This document shows positions 47,996-58,214 of a stretch of 64,000 bases of DNA, one piece after another. The position numbers and the translations under genes are program-made. Source of the stretch: an uncultured Microthrixaceae bacterium (GTDB lineage: Bacteria; Actinomycetota; Acidimicrobiia; Acidimicrobiales; Microtrichaceae); assembly GCA_964420125.1 (NCBI GenBank), contig CAYQQQ010000019.1:1-64000 (forward strand), written 5' to 3'. Positions within the stretch are counted from its first letter, which is position 1; each line of letters opens with the position of its first letter. Below the pieces are notes generated by a model. It had not been told where the DNA came from. It did not search any database and saw nothing but the letters and a program-made list of their open reading frames with translations.

Positions 47996-48301
47996 ATGGG
48001 TTGCGGCTGCCTCATCGCGTTGTTCGCAGTGCTCTCGCCCCGCCTCGCCATCTTCCTGACCTGGCTGTTCACCGATCGCCTCTCCGACGCGCTGGACTCG
48101 TTCTGGTGGGGCCTTGCGGGGTTCCTCTTCCTCCCGTGGACCACCCTCGTGTACGCCTGGGCCTACCAACCGGTGGTCGGTGTCAGCGGCTTCGGCTGGT
48201 TCCTCGTGGTCTTCGCGTTCGTGGTGGACATCTCGTCCCACCTCAGCGCCTTCCGTGCCCGAGACCAGGAGCGCCTCCGCCGCAGCGGCACCGGCGGGTG
48301 A
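47996..48301 (+). CDS. Small membrane protein (3 TM, 101 aa)
   Basis: GC3-biased ORF; three hydrophobic helices with Trp-rich turns. Confidence 0.45.
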   Translation: MGCGCLIALFAVLSPRLAIFLTWLFTDRLSDALDSFWWGLAGFLFLPWTTLVYAWAYQPVVGVSGFGWFLVVFAFVVDISSHLSAFRARDQERLRRSGTGG

Positions 48302-48320
48302 TCGCTCGCGGCGCCGCCCT

Positions 48321-51300
48321 TCAGCGCAGCCGCAGGGTGACCAGCTCGAAGGGGACCAGCATCAGGGAGAGCCCTCCGTGCTCGACGGCGATCGCCGCCG
48401 AGCCCTCCTCGGGCTCCTCCAGGAGGTTGCATCGTCGAGCCTCCCGTCGGTGACCGTCCACCTCGATCGTCGTGTCCACGTGGCTGCCGGTGGCCTCCCA
48501 CAGGCGCACCACCAGATCTCCGGAGCCGTCGTCGGCGAGCTTCACCGCGGCGACCTGCACGCGCGGGTCCCCGACGCGCACCAGCGGTGCCGGCGGATCG
48601 CCGGCACCGCAGCCGGGGACGACGAGCAGAGGGGTGTTCAGCGCCTCGGCCTCTGCCAGCACGTCGTGCAGCCCGGATCCGTGCGGCAGCAGGGAGATCG
48701 TCACCTGGTGGAGACCGTGGTCCGCTTCGGGATCGGGGAACCTCGGCGCCCGCAGGAGGCTCACCCGCACCCGGGTGGATCCGGGTGGGGTGTCGGGCCC
48801 GGGATGCAGGCTGTGGCCGTAGCGTCCGTCGTTGAGCACGGCCACGCCGGCGTCGCCTTCGGAGAGGTCGACGTAGCGGTGGGCGCAGACCTCGAACTTG
48901 GCGTCGTCCCAGGAGGTGTTCGTGTGGGTGGGGCGCCGCTGCAGGCCGAACTGGATCTCGCACGCCGCCGTCTCGGCGTGCACGGCGAGCGGGAGGTCCA
49001 GCGCCAGGTAGCGCTCGGACTCCCGCCACTCGACCGACACCCGGACGTCGACCCGGGGGCTTCCCGCCCGCAGCACGACGTCGCGGGTGAGGATGCTGCC
49101 ACGGCCGAACTGCCACGCCGTGCGAACCCCGCCCACCAGCGGGCCGGTGTCCACCAGTCCGATGGTGTCGGCGAGCGGCATGGGCGCAGCCAGGCGCCCC
49201 GTCCACTGCTCGAGGTCCCAGGCGTCGAACTCCACCGGGTGGTCGGCGGCCAGCACCAGCTGGGCTCCTGCGCACCCTTGCGGGATGAGCTCCCGGTTCC
49301 GCACGCAGTCCCGCAGCGACACCATCTCTCCACGGTGGTCGAAGTGGATCTCGACCAGGCCGTTGGAGAGGTGGCCCATGGAGGCCGTGACCGGCTCGGG
49401 CACCTCCAGCGGCTCGAGTCGGGCCACGCCCAGGCCCGGCACCCGCACTCGCATCGCGACCTCCGAGCTGGCGAGCATCTGGGTGCCAACCTGGACGGAG
49501 CCTCCGGACGGCAGCCCGGCGGCCTCGAGGAGGTCGGGATCGACCGCGATGATCTCGTCGCGGTCCTGCGTGGCGGCGTTGGCCACCAGCAGGCCGTCGC
49601 CCAGACCGCCCACGGCGGACATGGCGAGGTCGTCGGCCTCCGTGAGGACTCGCCGGAGGTCGGCTTGTGCGTCCTCGTAGACCCAACCGATGGAGGAGCC
49701 GGGCAGCACGTCGTGGAACTGATGGAGCAGCAGGGTCTTCCACAGCTCGTCGAGCTCGGCAGCGTGGGTGTCGTCCTCCGCCGTCGCCAACCAGAGCTCG
49801 GCAGCCCGCAGCGCGCCTTCGCATCGGCGGTTGGCGACCTTGGTGCGGGCCTGGGAGGTGAGCGTGCCGCGGTGGGTCTCGAAGTAGAGCTCGCCACGCC
49901 ACACGGGCACGGGGGAGGTGGCCGCCTCCGCCTCGACGTGCTCGAAGAACTCCGAGGGGGACTCGATCACGACCCGGGGCATCTCCGCCAGGTCACCGAG
50001 GCGGTCGACGCGATCGAGCATCTCCCTGGTCGGCCCTCCTCCGCCGTTGCCGTAGCCGAAGGGCATGAGGGAGTGGTCCGACCAGTAGTGGTCGCGGAAG
50101 CTCCTCACCGCGTGCGCCAGCTCGTTGGGGGCGATCTCGGCGTTGTAGGTGTCGACCGGGGGGAAGTGCGCCATCACCCGCGACCCGTCGATGCCTTCCC
50201 ACCAGAAGCTGTGGTGGGGCAGCTGGTTCTGCTTGTTCCAGCTCAGCTTCTGGGTGACGAACCGCCGGCAGCCGGCTCCGAGGTAGATCTGGGGGAGGGA
50301 GCCCGGATAGCCGAACACGTCGGGGATCCACACCTCCTCGCAGCGCCGACCGAAGCGCTGCTCGAAGAACCGCTGGCCGTGGACGAGCTGGCGAACGAGC
50401 GACTCGCCGGAGGGCAGGTTCATGTCCGCCTCCACCCACATGCCGCCGACCGGGACCCACTGTCCGTCGGCGACGGCTCGCCGGACCCGCTCGAAGAGCT
50501 CGGGGTGGTCGGCTTCGATCCACGAGTACTGCACCGCCTGTGAGCAGGCGAAGCGGTAGTCGGGACGCTCGGACATGAGGTCCACGGCGTTGGCGAACGT
50601 GCGGGCGGCCTTGCGGCGGGTCTCCCGGAGCGGCCAGAGCCAGGCCGTGTCGAGGTGGGCATGGCCGATGGCGCTGATCCGATGGGTGCCGGGAGCCGAA
50701 CCGAGCGCGAGTCCGGGCGCCAGCTCGGCGCGGGCTGCAGCGGCGGTGGCGCCCACGTGGTCCAGGTCCAGCCGGTCGTAGGCGCGCTGGAAGAGGTGCT
50801 GGAGGCGCTTGCGGCGAGGGTGCTCGACGGGGAGCGTGCGCATCACGCCGTCGAGGGCCCGGATGTCGAGCACCAGGTCGTGCACCTCGTCGTCGAGCAC
50901 CACCAGGTAGGCGCCGCCGAACACGTACTGGGGGGTGTCACCGGCGGTGGAGCGCGAGCCCATCGGGCTCGGAGAGAAGCCGGCGGTGAAGTCAGGGTTG
51001 GCCGCAGCCTCGACATCGGCCCGGATGCGGCCCTCGCGGGTGACGAGATCGAGGGAGACGCCCCGCCGGCGCGGGTGCAGTCCCGCCACCACCACGCCGT
51101 CCACCCAGAGCGTCCCCTCGGCGGAGAAGCCGGGCATCGCGCCGTAGCCGAGCTCCACGAGCAGCTCGGCACGGCCCGGGGGCAGCTCCTCGGGGAGCTC
51201 GGCGTCGATCCGGAACCAGGTGGTGCCCCATGGAGGGCCCCACGGCGTGCCTGACGCGATCGGTTCGTGGACCGCTGCTGCCGCCTCGGTCAGGCTCACG

Positions 51301-51425
51301 GGCTCGCCGGGCGCATGCCATGCGGTCACCGGGAGCTCCATCCGCAGACGGGTCTCTGCTGGGAGGATCCGCTCGTTCAGCTCCCGGATGATCCGGTTCT
51401 CGAGGATGGCGCGGTTGTCGTGCAC
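48321..51425 (-). CDS. Alpha-mannosidase, glycoside hydrolase family 38
   Basis: GH38 N-terminal catalytic signature AIGHAHLDTAWLWP, 1034 aa, no signal peptide. Confidence 0.85.
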   Translation of the reverse strand: MHDNRAILENRIIRELNERILPAETRLRMELPVTAWHAPGEPVSLTEAAAAVHEPIASGTPWGPPWGTTWFRIDAELPEELPPGRAELLVELGYGAMPGFSAEGTLWVDGVVVAGLHPRRRGVSLDLVTREGRIRADVEAAANPDFTAGFSPSPMGSRSTAGDTPQYVFGGAYLVVLDDEVHDLVLDIRALDGVMRTLPVEHPRRKRLQHLFQRAYDRLDLDHVGATAAAARAELAPGLALGSAPGTHRISAIGHAHLDTAWLWPLRETRRKAARTFANAVDLMSERPDYRFACSQAVQYSWIEADHPELFERVRRAVADGQWVPVGGMWVEADMNLPSGESLVRQLVHGQRFFEQRFGRRCEEVWIPDVFGYPGSLPQIYLGAGCRRFVTQKLSWNKQNQLPHHSFWWEGIDGSRVMAHFPPVDTYNAEIAPNELAHAVRSFRDHYWSDHSLMPFGYGNGGGGPTREMLDRVDRLGDLAEMPRVVIESPSEFFEHVEAEAATSPVPVWRGELYFETHRGTLTSQARTKVANRRCEGALRAAELWLATAEDDTHAAELDELWKTLLLHQFHDVLPGSSIGWVYEDAQADLRRVLTEADDLAMSAVGGLGDGLLVANAATQDRDEIIAVDPDLLEAAGLPSGGSVQVGTQMLASSEVAMRVRVPGLGVARLEPLEVPEPVTASMGHLSNGLVEIHFDHRGEMVSLRDCVRNRELIPQGCAGAQLVLAADHPVEFDAWDLEQWTGRLAAPMPLADTIGLVDTGPLVGGVRTAWQFGRGSILTRDVVLRAGSPRVDVRVSVEWRESERYLALDLPLAVHAETAACEIQFGLQRRPTHTNTSWDDAKFEVCAHRYVDLSEGDAGVAVLNDGRYGHSLHPGPDTPPGSTRVRVSLLRAPRFPDPEADHGLHQVTISLLPHGSGLHDVLAEAEALNTPLLVVPGCGAGDPPAPLVRVGDPRVQVAAVKLADDGSGDLVVRLWEATGSHVDTTIEVDGHRREARRCNLLEEPEEGSAAIAVEHGGLSLMLVPFELVTLRLR

Positions 51426-51471
51426 CGCCAGAAGCTAGACGGTGGGTGGCACGCCCATGGCGGCGGCGCAC

Positions 51472-51780
51472 CTACCAGAGGGCGCTCAGGACCCACACCG
51501 ACACCATCCCCGCAAGGAGGGTCCAGCCGGCCGAGCGGGTCCGGAGGGCGACGACGGCAGCCATCGCCGCAGCGACATACCACGGCCCGAAGGGTCGAAG
51601 CTCGCCGTGGTCGAACACGAGCGCGTTGGCGACGAGCGCGGACAGCACGGCTGCGGGGATCAGGCGCAGCGTGGACTCCACCCGTGGGGGCATCGTGGTG
51701 CGAGACGCGGCCAGGATCACCGACGCCCGCAGCACGTAGGTCCCGGCGGCCACGGCGATCAGCTCCCAGAGGAAGGTCAC
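51472..51780 (-). CDS. azlD: Branched-chain amino acid exporter small subunit (AzlD family)
   Basis: 102 aa, 3-4 TM; GTGA overlap with azlC stop. Confidence 0.6.
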   Translation of the reverse strand: MTFLWELIAVAAGTYVLRASVILAASRTTMPPRVESTLRLIPAAVLSALVANALVFDHGELRPFGPWYVAAAMAAVVALRTRSAGWTLLAGMVSVWVLSALW

Positions 51781-52514
51781 GGCGACGTCGCCCTCGGGGT
51801 CCGCTCGTCGCCCGGCGTGGCGGGCGGTGGTTCGGCGAACGCTCCTGCCAGGATCCCGGCGAGGGCTCCGAGGAGGATGTTGGTGCCCGGTGGGAGACCG
51901 GCGAGCACCAGGGTGACGGTGACCGAGACCGTTGCGGCGACCCAGGCGGGTCGCCGGTTGAGCGCCGGAACCACCAGCGCGGTGAACATCAGGGGGATGA
52001 TGAACCCCAGCTGCAGCGAGTCGGGGATCTCGGTTCCGGCGAGGATGCCGAGCACGGTGCCGATCTGCCAGAGCACGAAGAGCACGGCCGCGGCCCCGAG
52101 GTAGAACCAGCGGCGCGTCAGGGGGTCGTGGTCCTGGTCGAACTCCAGCAGGGACAGGGTGGCGGCCTGGTCCGTCATGAGGTGGGGCAACGTCCAGCGC
52201 CAGGGCCGGGGGAACTCGGCGAAGGAAGGTGCGAGGGCGGCCGAGTAGAGCACGAAGCGGGCGTTGATGATCAGCGCGGTGCCGACCACCACCACGAACG
52301 CGGCATCGCTCTGGTGGAGCTCGAGCAGCGAGAGCTGGGAGGCGCCGGCGAACAGGAAGATGCTGGCGCCGCCACCGACCCACGCGTTCACGTCGCTCTG
52401 GGACACGGCCACCCCGTAGACGACCCCGAAGGGGAAGATCCCCAGGGCGAGGGCGAGCGCGCGGCGCACCCCTGCCCGGAACGCGCCCCCGGCGCGGGTG
52501 GACCTGACGCTCAC
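51777..52514 (-). CDS. azlC: AzlC-family branched-chain amino acid transport permease
   Basis: AzlC topology and motif FPFGVVYGVA...ASQLSL. Confidence 0.75.
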   Translation of the reverse strand: MSVRSTRAGGAFRAGVRRALALALGIFPFGVVYGVAVSQSDVNAWVGGGASIFLFAGASQLSLLELHQSDAAFVVVVGTALIINARFVLYSAALAPSFAEFPRPWRWTLPHLMTDQAATLSLLEFDQDHDPLTRRWFYLGAAAVLFVLWQIGTVLGILAGTEIPDSLQLGFIIPLMFTALVVPALNRRPAWVAATVSVTVTLVLAGLPPGTNILLGALAGILAGAFAEPPPATPGDERTPRATSP

Positions 52515-52586
52515 GAGCCGCGCCTCGGGACGGACATGGCGGTCAGTCTCACACGTCAGGCCCCGGCGACGGGTGCCGCCGGGGCG

Positions 52587-52994
52587 TCACTCGGCGTGTC
52601 GCCAGACGGTCTCGGTGAGCTCGGCCCGCCGGCGGTTGACCAGCGTGTTCAGCCAGAGCTGGAAGGCTTCGCTGACCTGCACGTAGACCACGCCGTAGTA
52701 GGCCCAGGCCGGATCGGAGCTGGCGAGCACCCGGCGGATCCGTGCCTGGAACCACCGGTCGCGGTCGAGGTGGACCTCGACCGTCGAGCCGGCGCCCAAC
52801 GCCGGGTTGGCGGCAGCCAGGACCGCTGCACCGCTCATGGAGACGTTGCGCACGTAGCCTCTGTCCCGCACCGCGGGGTCGAGCGCCTTGCGCTGCGCAC
52901 GCGTCAGCTTGAGCGGTCGGGGGCTCCGCCAGGTGACGGGGATGTCGCCGACGTCGAAGCGCTCCCCGATGCGCCGCTCGAAGGGCATGGTCAT
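52587..52994 (-). CDS. PilZ-domain protein (stand-alone)
   Basis: RxxxR (RRIGER) and N-x-S-x-x-G (NVSMSG) c-di-GMP binding motifs; 135 aa from ATG 52994. Confidence 0.65.
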   Translation of the reverse strand: MTMPFERRIGERFDVGDIPVTWRSPRPLKLTRAQRKALDPAVRDRGYVRNVSMSGAAVLAAANPALGAGSTVEVHLDRDRWFQARIRRVLASSDPAWAYYGVVYVQVSEAFQLWLNTLVNRRRAELTETVWRHAE

Positions 52995-53088
52995 CCATCG
53001 GCGGAGATGCCCCGAAAGTGAGCCAGACGCGCTGGGCGTGGAGAGGTGGACGGCGCAGAGCTCCCACGGATGCGGCGCGGAGCCCCGC

Positions 53089-53967
53089 TCAGAGCCCGAG
53101 CTCGGTCCCCAGCCGGTCGAGCGCCATGCGGGCCAAGGGGAGCTGCACCCCGAGCTCGGTGCCGAGCTCGAGGGCCAGGGCGAGGTCCTTGGTGCCGAGG
53201 GAGCGGACGTGGTCGAGGGTGGCGTGCCAGTCGTCGGTGGGCGCCATCGGGGCCGTGGTGTCCCGCAGCATGATCGCCCCGGGGCCCCCGGTGACCGCAT
53301 CGCTGTGGCGTACGACGCGCGCGAGCTCGGCGAGCGGGATGCCGGCGGCCTCGGCGAGGCGCTGGGCCTCGCCCGCGGCGGTGAAGGCCACGAAGTGCAG
53401 CAGGTTGCGGGCCAGCTTGGTGGTGGTCCCGGACCCCAGGGGGCCCGTGTGCACGAGCAGGGAAGCCCATCGAGCGAACGGCTCGCGCACCAGCTCCACC
53501 GCCCGGGGGCTGCCCCCGACCATGACGGCGAGGGAGCCCTCGTGCGCGCCGAGGAACCCTCCGCTCACGGGGGCGTCGATCAGGTGCACGCCCACCTGCG
53601 CCGCACGTTCGCCCACGGCGTGGACGGTCTCCGGGCGGATGGTGGAGTGGATGGCCACGACGCTGCCCGGCCGTGCACCGCGCAAGACCTCGTCGGCGAC
53701 GCGGCGGACCTGCGCGTCGTCGAGGACCATGACAGAGACGATGCCGCAGGAGGCGGCGAGCTCGGTGTTGTCGGAGGCGACGACGGCGCCATCGGAGGCG
53801 AACGGGGCGGTGGCCGCCTCGCGGATGTCGGCGACCACCAGTCCGGCCGGCCAGCCGAGGAGGTGGCGCGCCATCGGTGCACCGATGCTGCCGAGACCGA
53901 TGAAGCCGATCGGGCGCCGGAGGACCTCGTCGGCGGGTGGGTTCTGGTCGCCGGGCGGGTGGCTCAT
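53089..53967 (-). CDS. NAD(P)-dependent oxidoreductase, 3-hydroxyisobutyrate dehydrogenase family
   Basis: Rossmann GFIGLGSIGAPMA, HIBADH-like C-terminal domain. Confidence 0.8.
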   Translation of the reverse strand: MSHPPGDQNPPADEVLRRPIGFIGLGSIGAPMARHLLGWPAGLVVADIREAATAPFASDGAVVASDNTELAASCGIVSVMVLDDAQVRRVADEVLRGARPGSVVAIHSTIRPETVHAVGERAAQVGVHLIDAPVSGGFLGAHEGSLAVMVGGSPRAVELVREPFARWASLLVHTGPLGSGTTTKLARNLLHFVAFTAAGEAQRLAEAAGIPLAELARVVRHSDAVTGGPGAIMLRDTTAPMAPTDDWHATLDHVRSLGTKDLALALELGTELGVQLPLARMALDRLGTELGL

Positions 53968-55433
53968 GCCGGCTCGGCCACGGTCTTGGTCTGCAGGTAC
54001 TCCTCGAATCCGGCGACGCCCATCTCGCGGCCGAGCCCGGAGTGCTTGTAGCCCCCGAAGGGGACGTCACCTCCGTACCAGATCCCACCGTTGATGCTCA
54101 TCGTCCCCGTGCGCACACGGCGGGCGAAGGCCCAGGCGCGCTCGGGGTCTGCGCTCATCACCGCTCCCGACAACCCGTAGGGGGAGTCGTTGGCGATGCG
54201 CAGCGCGTCCTCGTCGCCGTCGTGGGGGATCACCACCAGCACGGGTCCGAACACCTCCTCGCGAGCGACGCGCGCGTGGTTGTCGAGCCCCGTGACGAGG
54301 GTGGGTTCGATCCAGAACCCCACGTCGCGGTCGGCCGGGCGGCCACCGCCGGTGGCGAACGTGCCGCCATCCTCCTCGGCGAGGCGGAGGTAGCCCTCGA
54401 TCCGCTCGCGCTGCCTTGCCGAGATCACGGGGCCGCAGACGGTCGCCTCGTCCGTGGGATCCCCGCAACCCACTCCGGACATGAGGGCGGCCATCTGCTC
54501 GACGAGGTCGTCGTGGAGGTGGCGGGGGACGAGGATGCGGGTGGTCAGCGCACATCCCTGGCCGGCATGGGTGCACCCGGCGAGCCCGGCGAGCATCGCG
54601 GACGTGCCGATGTCGGCGTCGTCGAGCACCACGAAGGCGGACTTGCCGCCGAGCTCGAGGAAGACCTTGGTCAACGTCGGTGCGCCGTCGGCCATCACCT
54701 TGCGCCCGGTGGCGGTGGAGCCGGTGAAGCTGACCATGTCGACCCTCGGATCCCGGCTGAGCATCTCCCCGAGCACCGGATCGGAGGAGGTCACGACGTT
54801 CAGCACGCCGGGTGGCAGATCGGTCTCCTCGGCCGCGATGCGGGCGAGCGCGGTGGCGCAGGCCGGGGTGTCGGGCGCGGGCTTGAGCACGACCGTGCAT
54901 CCGGCTGCGAGCGCCGGCGCGACCTTCGAGAGGTTGATCTGCCATGGGTAGTTCCACGGGGTGATCGCTCCGACGACCCCGAAGGGCTCCTTGAGGACGA
55001 TCCTCCGCGAGTCCACGCCGAACGCCCGGCGTGTGCCCAGGTCCTCCTCCCACGCGTAGCGCTCGGCCAGCTCTGCGCAGAACTCGATGTCGCCAACCGG
55101 TCCCGTGAACTGGGGGCCGTCGACCAGGAACCGGGGTGCGCCGACCTCGGCGATCGTGAGCTCGCGCAGCTCCTCGGCGTGGGACTCCAGGGCGGACTGG
55201 AGCTGGCGCAGGCAGCGCACCCGGAGGCCCACGTCGTCGGTCCAGCCGCCGGCGTCGAACGCCTGTCGGGCCGAAGCGATGGCGCCGTCCATGTCGGCGG
55301 GACCGCCGTCGGCGACGTGGCCGAGGACCTCCTCGGTGGCGGGGTTGGCCGTCGGGTAGGTGGCGCCGGAGCCGGCCGGCAGCAACTTGCCGTCGATCAG
55401 CAGCTCGGCGGGGATGGACGTGGGGCTGCTCAT
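53964..55433 (-). CDS. Aldehyde dehydrogenase family protein
   Basis: ALDH motifs FTGSTATGRKV, ELGGKSA, catalytic Cys region GQGCALTTR; start at ATG 55433 preceded by GGGAGG. Confidence 0.9.
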   Translation of the reverse strand: MSSPTSIPAELLIDGKLLPAGSGATYPTANPATEEVLGHVADGGPADMDGAIASARQAFDAGGWTDDVGLRVRCLRQLQSALESHAEELRELTIAEVGAPRFLVDGPQFTGPVGDIEFCAELAERYAWEEDLGTRRAFGVDSRRIVLKEPFGVVGAITPWNYPWQINLSKVAPALAAGCTVVLKPAPDTPACATALARIAAEETDLPPGVLNVVTSSDPVLGEMLSRDPRVDMVSFTGSTATGRKVMADGAPTLTKVFLELGGKSAFVVLDDADIGTSAMLAGLAGCTHAGQGCALTTRILVPRHLHDDLVEQMAALMSGVGCGDPTDEATVCGPVISARQRERIEGYLRLAEEDGGTFATGGGRPADRDVGFWIEPTLVTGLDNHARVAREEVFGPVLVVIPHDGDEDALRIANDSPYGLSGAVMSADPERAWAFARRVRTGTMSINGGIWYGGDVPFGGYKHSGLGREMGVAGFEEYLQTKTVAEPA

Positions 55434-55503
55434 GGATGGACCTCCCATGCGGGGCGGGACGGCGTGGTGCGCGCTGTCGGTGAGAGGGTGCGGGTGGGTC
55501 GGC

Positions 55504-56280
55504 TCACGACTCGATCCTCAGGGGTGCCTCGGGCTCGAGCTCGATCAGGGTGAGGTGCGTGCCACGCGGTGCGCCCACCGCGGCCGCCACTGCCCCGGCG
55601 ACCCCGTCGGGGTCGAGGAACCCGTCGTGGCGGAGCAGCCCGTGGTCGGCCCACTCCCGCATGATGACGGGCATCTGCTCGGGAGGGAAGCCCCTGCCCA
55701 TCTCGGTGAGCGTCGGGCCGGGGCGGACGATGGAGCAACGCACTCCTGTGCCCTCCAGCTCCAACTGCATCGCCCGCCCGAGGCCTTCGAGCCCCCACTT
55801 GGAGCTCACGTAGCTGGACATGGACGGGCGGGGGATCCGGACCACGTCCGAGCTCACCAGCACGACGTCACCACGCGTCCTCGACACCATCCCTGGCACC
55901 ACTGCGGCGACGAGCTGCTGCACTCCGAGCAGGTTCACCTGCACCTGGCGGGCGAAGTCCTCGGTTGCGGTGAGGTGGGCCTTCGAGGGGAGCACGTCAC
56001 CGGCGACCGACACCAGGACCTCGATCGCTCCCAGCGCCGCTGCCGCTGATCGCTCGGCCGAGTGCACCGAGGTGGGGTCACCGAGATCGAGCGGGACGAC
56101 CGCCACCGCTGCACCTTCGGCACGGAGCTCCTCTGCGAGCGACTCCAGCCGCTCCACCCGGCGCGCGGCGATCGCGACCGGATGGCCCTCCTCTGCGAGG
56201 CGGCGCGCGACGGCTTCGCCGATCCCGCTGGAGGCACCGGTGACGAGTGCCGGTCGACGGGCAGGGTGCACGAGGGTCAT
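55504..56280 (-). CDS. Short-chain dehydrogenase/reductase (SDR)
   Basis: TGASSGIG cofactor motif, catalytic Y-x3-K (YVSSKWG); start ATG 56280 overlapping P450 stop. Confidence 0.85.
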   Translation of the reverse strand: MTLVHPARRPALVTGASSGIGEAVARRLAEEGHPVAIAARRVERLESLAEELRAEGAAVAVVPLDLGDPTSVHSAERSAAAALGAIEVLVSVAGDVLPSKAHLTATEDFARQVQVNLLGVQQLVAAVVPGMVSRTRGDVVLVSSDVVRIPRPSMSSYVSSKWGLEGLGRAMQLELEGTGVRCSIVRPGPTLTEMGRGFPPEQMPVIMREWADHGLLRHDGFLDPDGVAGAVAAAVGAPRGTHLTLIELEPEAPLRIES

Positions 56281-57491
56281 GCCCTGCGGAGCTCCACGGT
56301 GGAGGGGAGGGCGGCGAACCCCCGGACGTTGACCGAGTGCACCCGCTCGACCCCCTCGGCGTCGATCTCCCAGTCCGAGATCCTCGACAGCAGCTCCTCG
56401 AGGCAGATGCGAGCCTCCAGGCGGGCCAGGGACGCGCCCATGCAGAAGTGGCGGCCGACGCCGAAGCTCAGGAGATCGGTCGTGTCGCGTCCCACGAGGT
56501 AGCGGTCGGGTTCGGGGAAGACCTCGGGATCGCGGTTGGCGGAGCCCACGAGCAGCAGCACGCGGGCCCCTTCGGGGATCACCCGACGGTGCAGCTCGAC
56601 CTCGGTGGTGGTGATGCGGGCCAGCATCTGCGAGGAGGTGTCGAAGCGCAGCGTCTCCTCCACCCACGCGGGGATGGAGGTGGGGTCGGTGAGGACCTTC
56701 GCCTTCTGGTCGGGGTTGCGCCAGGCCCAGTACCAGGCGTTGCCCAGCAGCTTGGTGGTGGTCTCGTTGCCGGCCACCACCATCAGGAAGAGGAACCCGA
56801 CGATCTCGTCGTCGCTCAGGCGGTCCCCGTCGACCTCGGCCTCCAGCAGCGCCGTGGTGAGGTCGTCGGTCGGCGTCGCCCGACGCTCGGCGATCATGTC
56901 CGCGTAGTACCCGACGAGCGTGAGCGCTGCCTCCACTCCGCTCGGCGGGACGTCCTCGACGCCCTCCTCCCGGTGCACGACGAGGTCGGCGAGCCGGCGG
57001 AGCTCGGCCCGGTCGTCCACCGGTACACCGATCAGCTCGGAGATGACGTCCATGGGGAGGCGGCCGGCCAGATCGCCGATCAGGTCCAGGCGGGGTGCGT
57101 CGAGGGCGGTTCGCAGGTGCTCCCTCGCGATGGCGCGGATGTGGTCCTCCATCTCGGCCACCCGCCGGGGCGTGAACCCTCGGCTCACCAGCGCGCGCAT
57201 CCGGGTGTGGCGGGGTGGATCCATGGCGAGGAAGGACATCGTGCGGTGCGCATGGGGGCCGCAGGCTGCGGGATCCAGGGTGACGCCATGGCTCGAGGAG
57301 TAGGTGGCGGAGTCTCGGAAGGCGGCCGCCACGTCGGCGTGGCGCGACAGCGCCCAGAAGTCGTTCTCCTCGTTGCGGTACACGGGAGCTTCCGAGCGGA
57401 GCCTGGCGTAGGTGGGGTAGGGATCCTCGTGGATGGCGTAGTGGTACGGGTTGTAGGCGACGTCGTCCCGGTCGCGATCGAGCAGGGTCAT
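56277..57491 (-). CDS. Cytochrome P450
   Basis: Heme-binding FGVGRHFCMGASLARLE, ETLR, AGNETT I-helix motif. Confidence 0.9.
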   Translation of the reverse strand: MTLLDRDRDDVAYNPYHYAIHEDPYPTYARLRSEAPVYRNEENDFWALSRHADVAAAFRDSATYSSSHGVTLDPAACGPHAHRTMSFLAMDPPRHTRMRALVSRGFTPRRVAEMEDHIRAIAREHLRTALDAPRLDLIGDLAGRLPMDVISELIGVPVDDRAELRRLADLVVHREEGVEDVPPSGVEAALTLVGYYADMIAERRATPTDDLTTALLEAEVDGDRLSDDEIVGFLFLMVVAGNETTTKLLGNAWYWAWRNPDQKAKVLTDPTSIPAWVEETLRFDTSSQMLARITTTEVELHRRVIPEGARVLLLVGSANRDPEVFPEPDRYLVGRDTTDLLSFGVGRHFCMGASLARLEARICLEELLSRISDWEIDAEGVERVHSVNVRGFAALPSTVELRRA

Positions 57492-57492
57492 G

Positions 57493-58128
57493 TCAGGCTC
57501 CTCCCGACTCCGGGATGGGTCGTGATGGTGGCGGCGCGATGATCAGCGCGGCCGCTTCGCGCAGGCGAGCGGGGACCTGGTCGTAGTCGAGCACGCCGAT
57601 GCCGGCTTGGAGGAGCACGCCGGAGAAGACCGCTCCCAGGGTGCGCAGCGTCGCAGCCGAGCCGTCGGGGCCCAGCGCGGCGCGCAGCAGCACCGTGGTG
57701 TGGGCGGCGATGGCGTCGCGGAGCCTGCGCACCTCGGGGTCGTCGGCCAGCACGGCCACGGTGCACGCAGCGGAGAGCTCCGGTTCGTCCGCCACGAGCA
57801 GACCCACCCGGGTGAGGACCTCGGCTGCTCGCTCTGCGGAGCCCTGCAGGTCTTCCTCGGATGGTGCCTCGAGACGCTGGAGGCGTTGCCAGTAGACCTC
57901 GGTCACGAGGTGGTCCTTGGAGGCGAAGTACGTGTAGGCGGTCGCCGGTGCCACCCCGGCGCGCCGGGCCACGTTGCGCACCGTCAGCCCGGCGTAGCCG
58001 ACCGCTCGCAGCTCCTCGACCGTGGCGTGGGCGAGTCGGGCGACCGTGTCGGCCTGGCGGGGGCTCAGGTGTCGCCGTGGCGACACCGACCGAGGTGTCT
58101 GAGGGAGCGCCGCGCCGGAGCTGGACAT
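57493..58128 (-). CDS. TetR-family transcriptional regulator
   Basis: TetR HTH region LTVRNVARRAGVAPATAYTYFASKDHLV; 211 aa from ATG 58128. Confidence 0.75.
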   Translation of the reverse strand: MSSSGAALPQTPRSVSPRRHLSPRQADTVARLAHATVEELRAVGYAGLTVRNVARRAGVAPATAYTYFASKDHLVTEVYWQRLQRLEAPSEEDLQGSAERAAEVLTRVGLLVADEPELSAACTVAVLADDPEVRRLRDAIAAHTTVLLRAALGPDGSAATLRTLGAVFSGVLLQAGIGVLDYDQVPARLREAAALIIAPPPSRPIPESGGA

Positions 58129-58135
58129 GTGTCCA
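58122..58135. promoter_or_regulatory. Perfect palindrome TGGACA-TG-TGTCCA centred on the TetR start codon (candidate TetR operator)
   Basis: 14-bp perfect inverted repeat; flanked by outer GTGTCTG...CAGACAC repeat. Confidence 0.4.
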
Positions 58136-58214
58136 GACACTAGTCCGGCAGGCGTCGACCGGGGGAGTCGCCGCACGCAGCTCTTCGGGGCGGACCGGAG
58201 GGTCGCCCTGGGTG

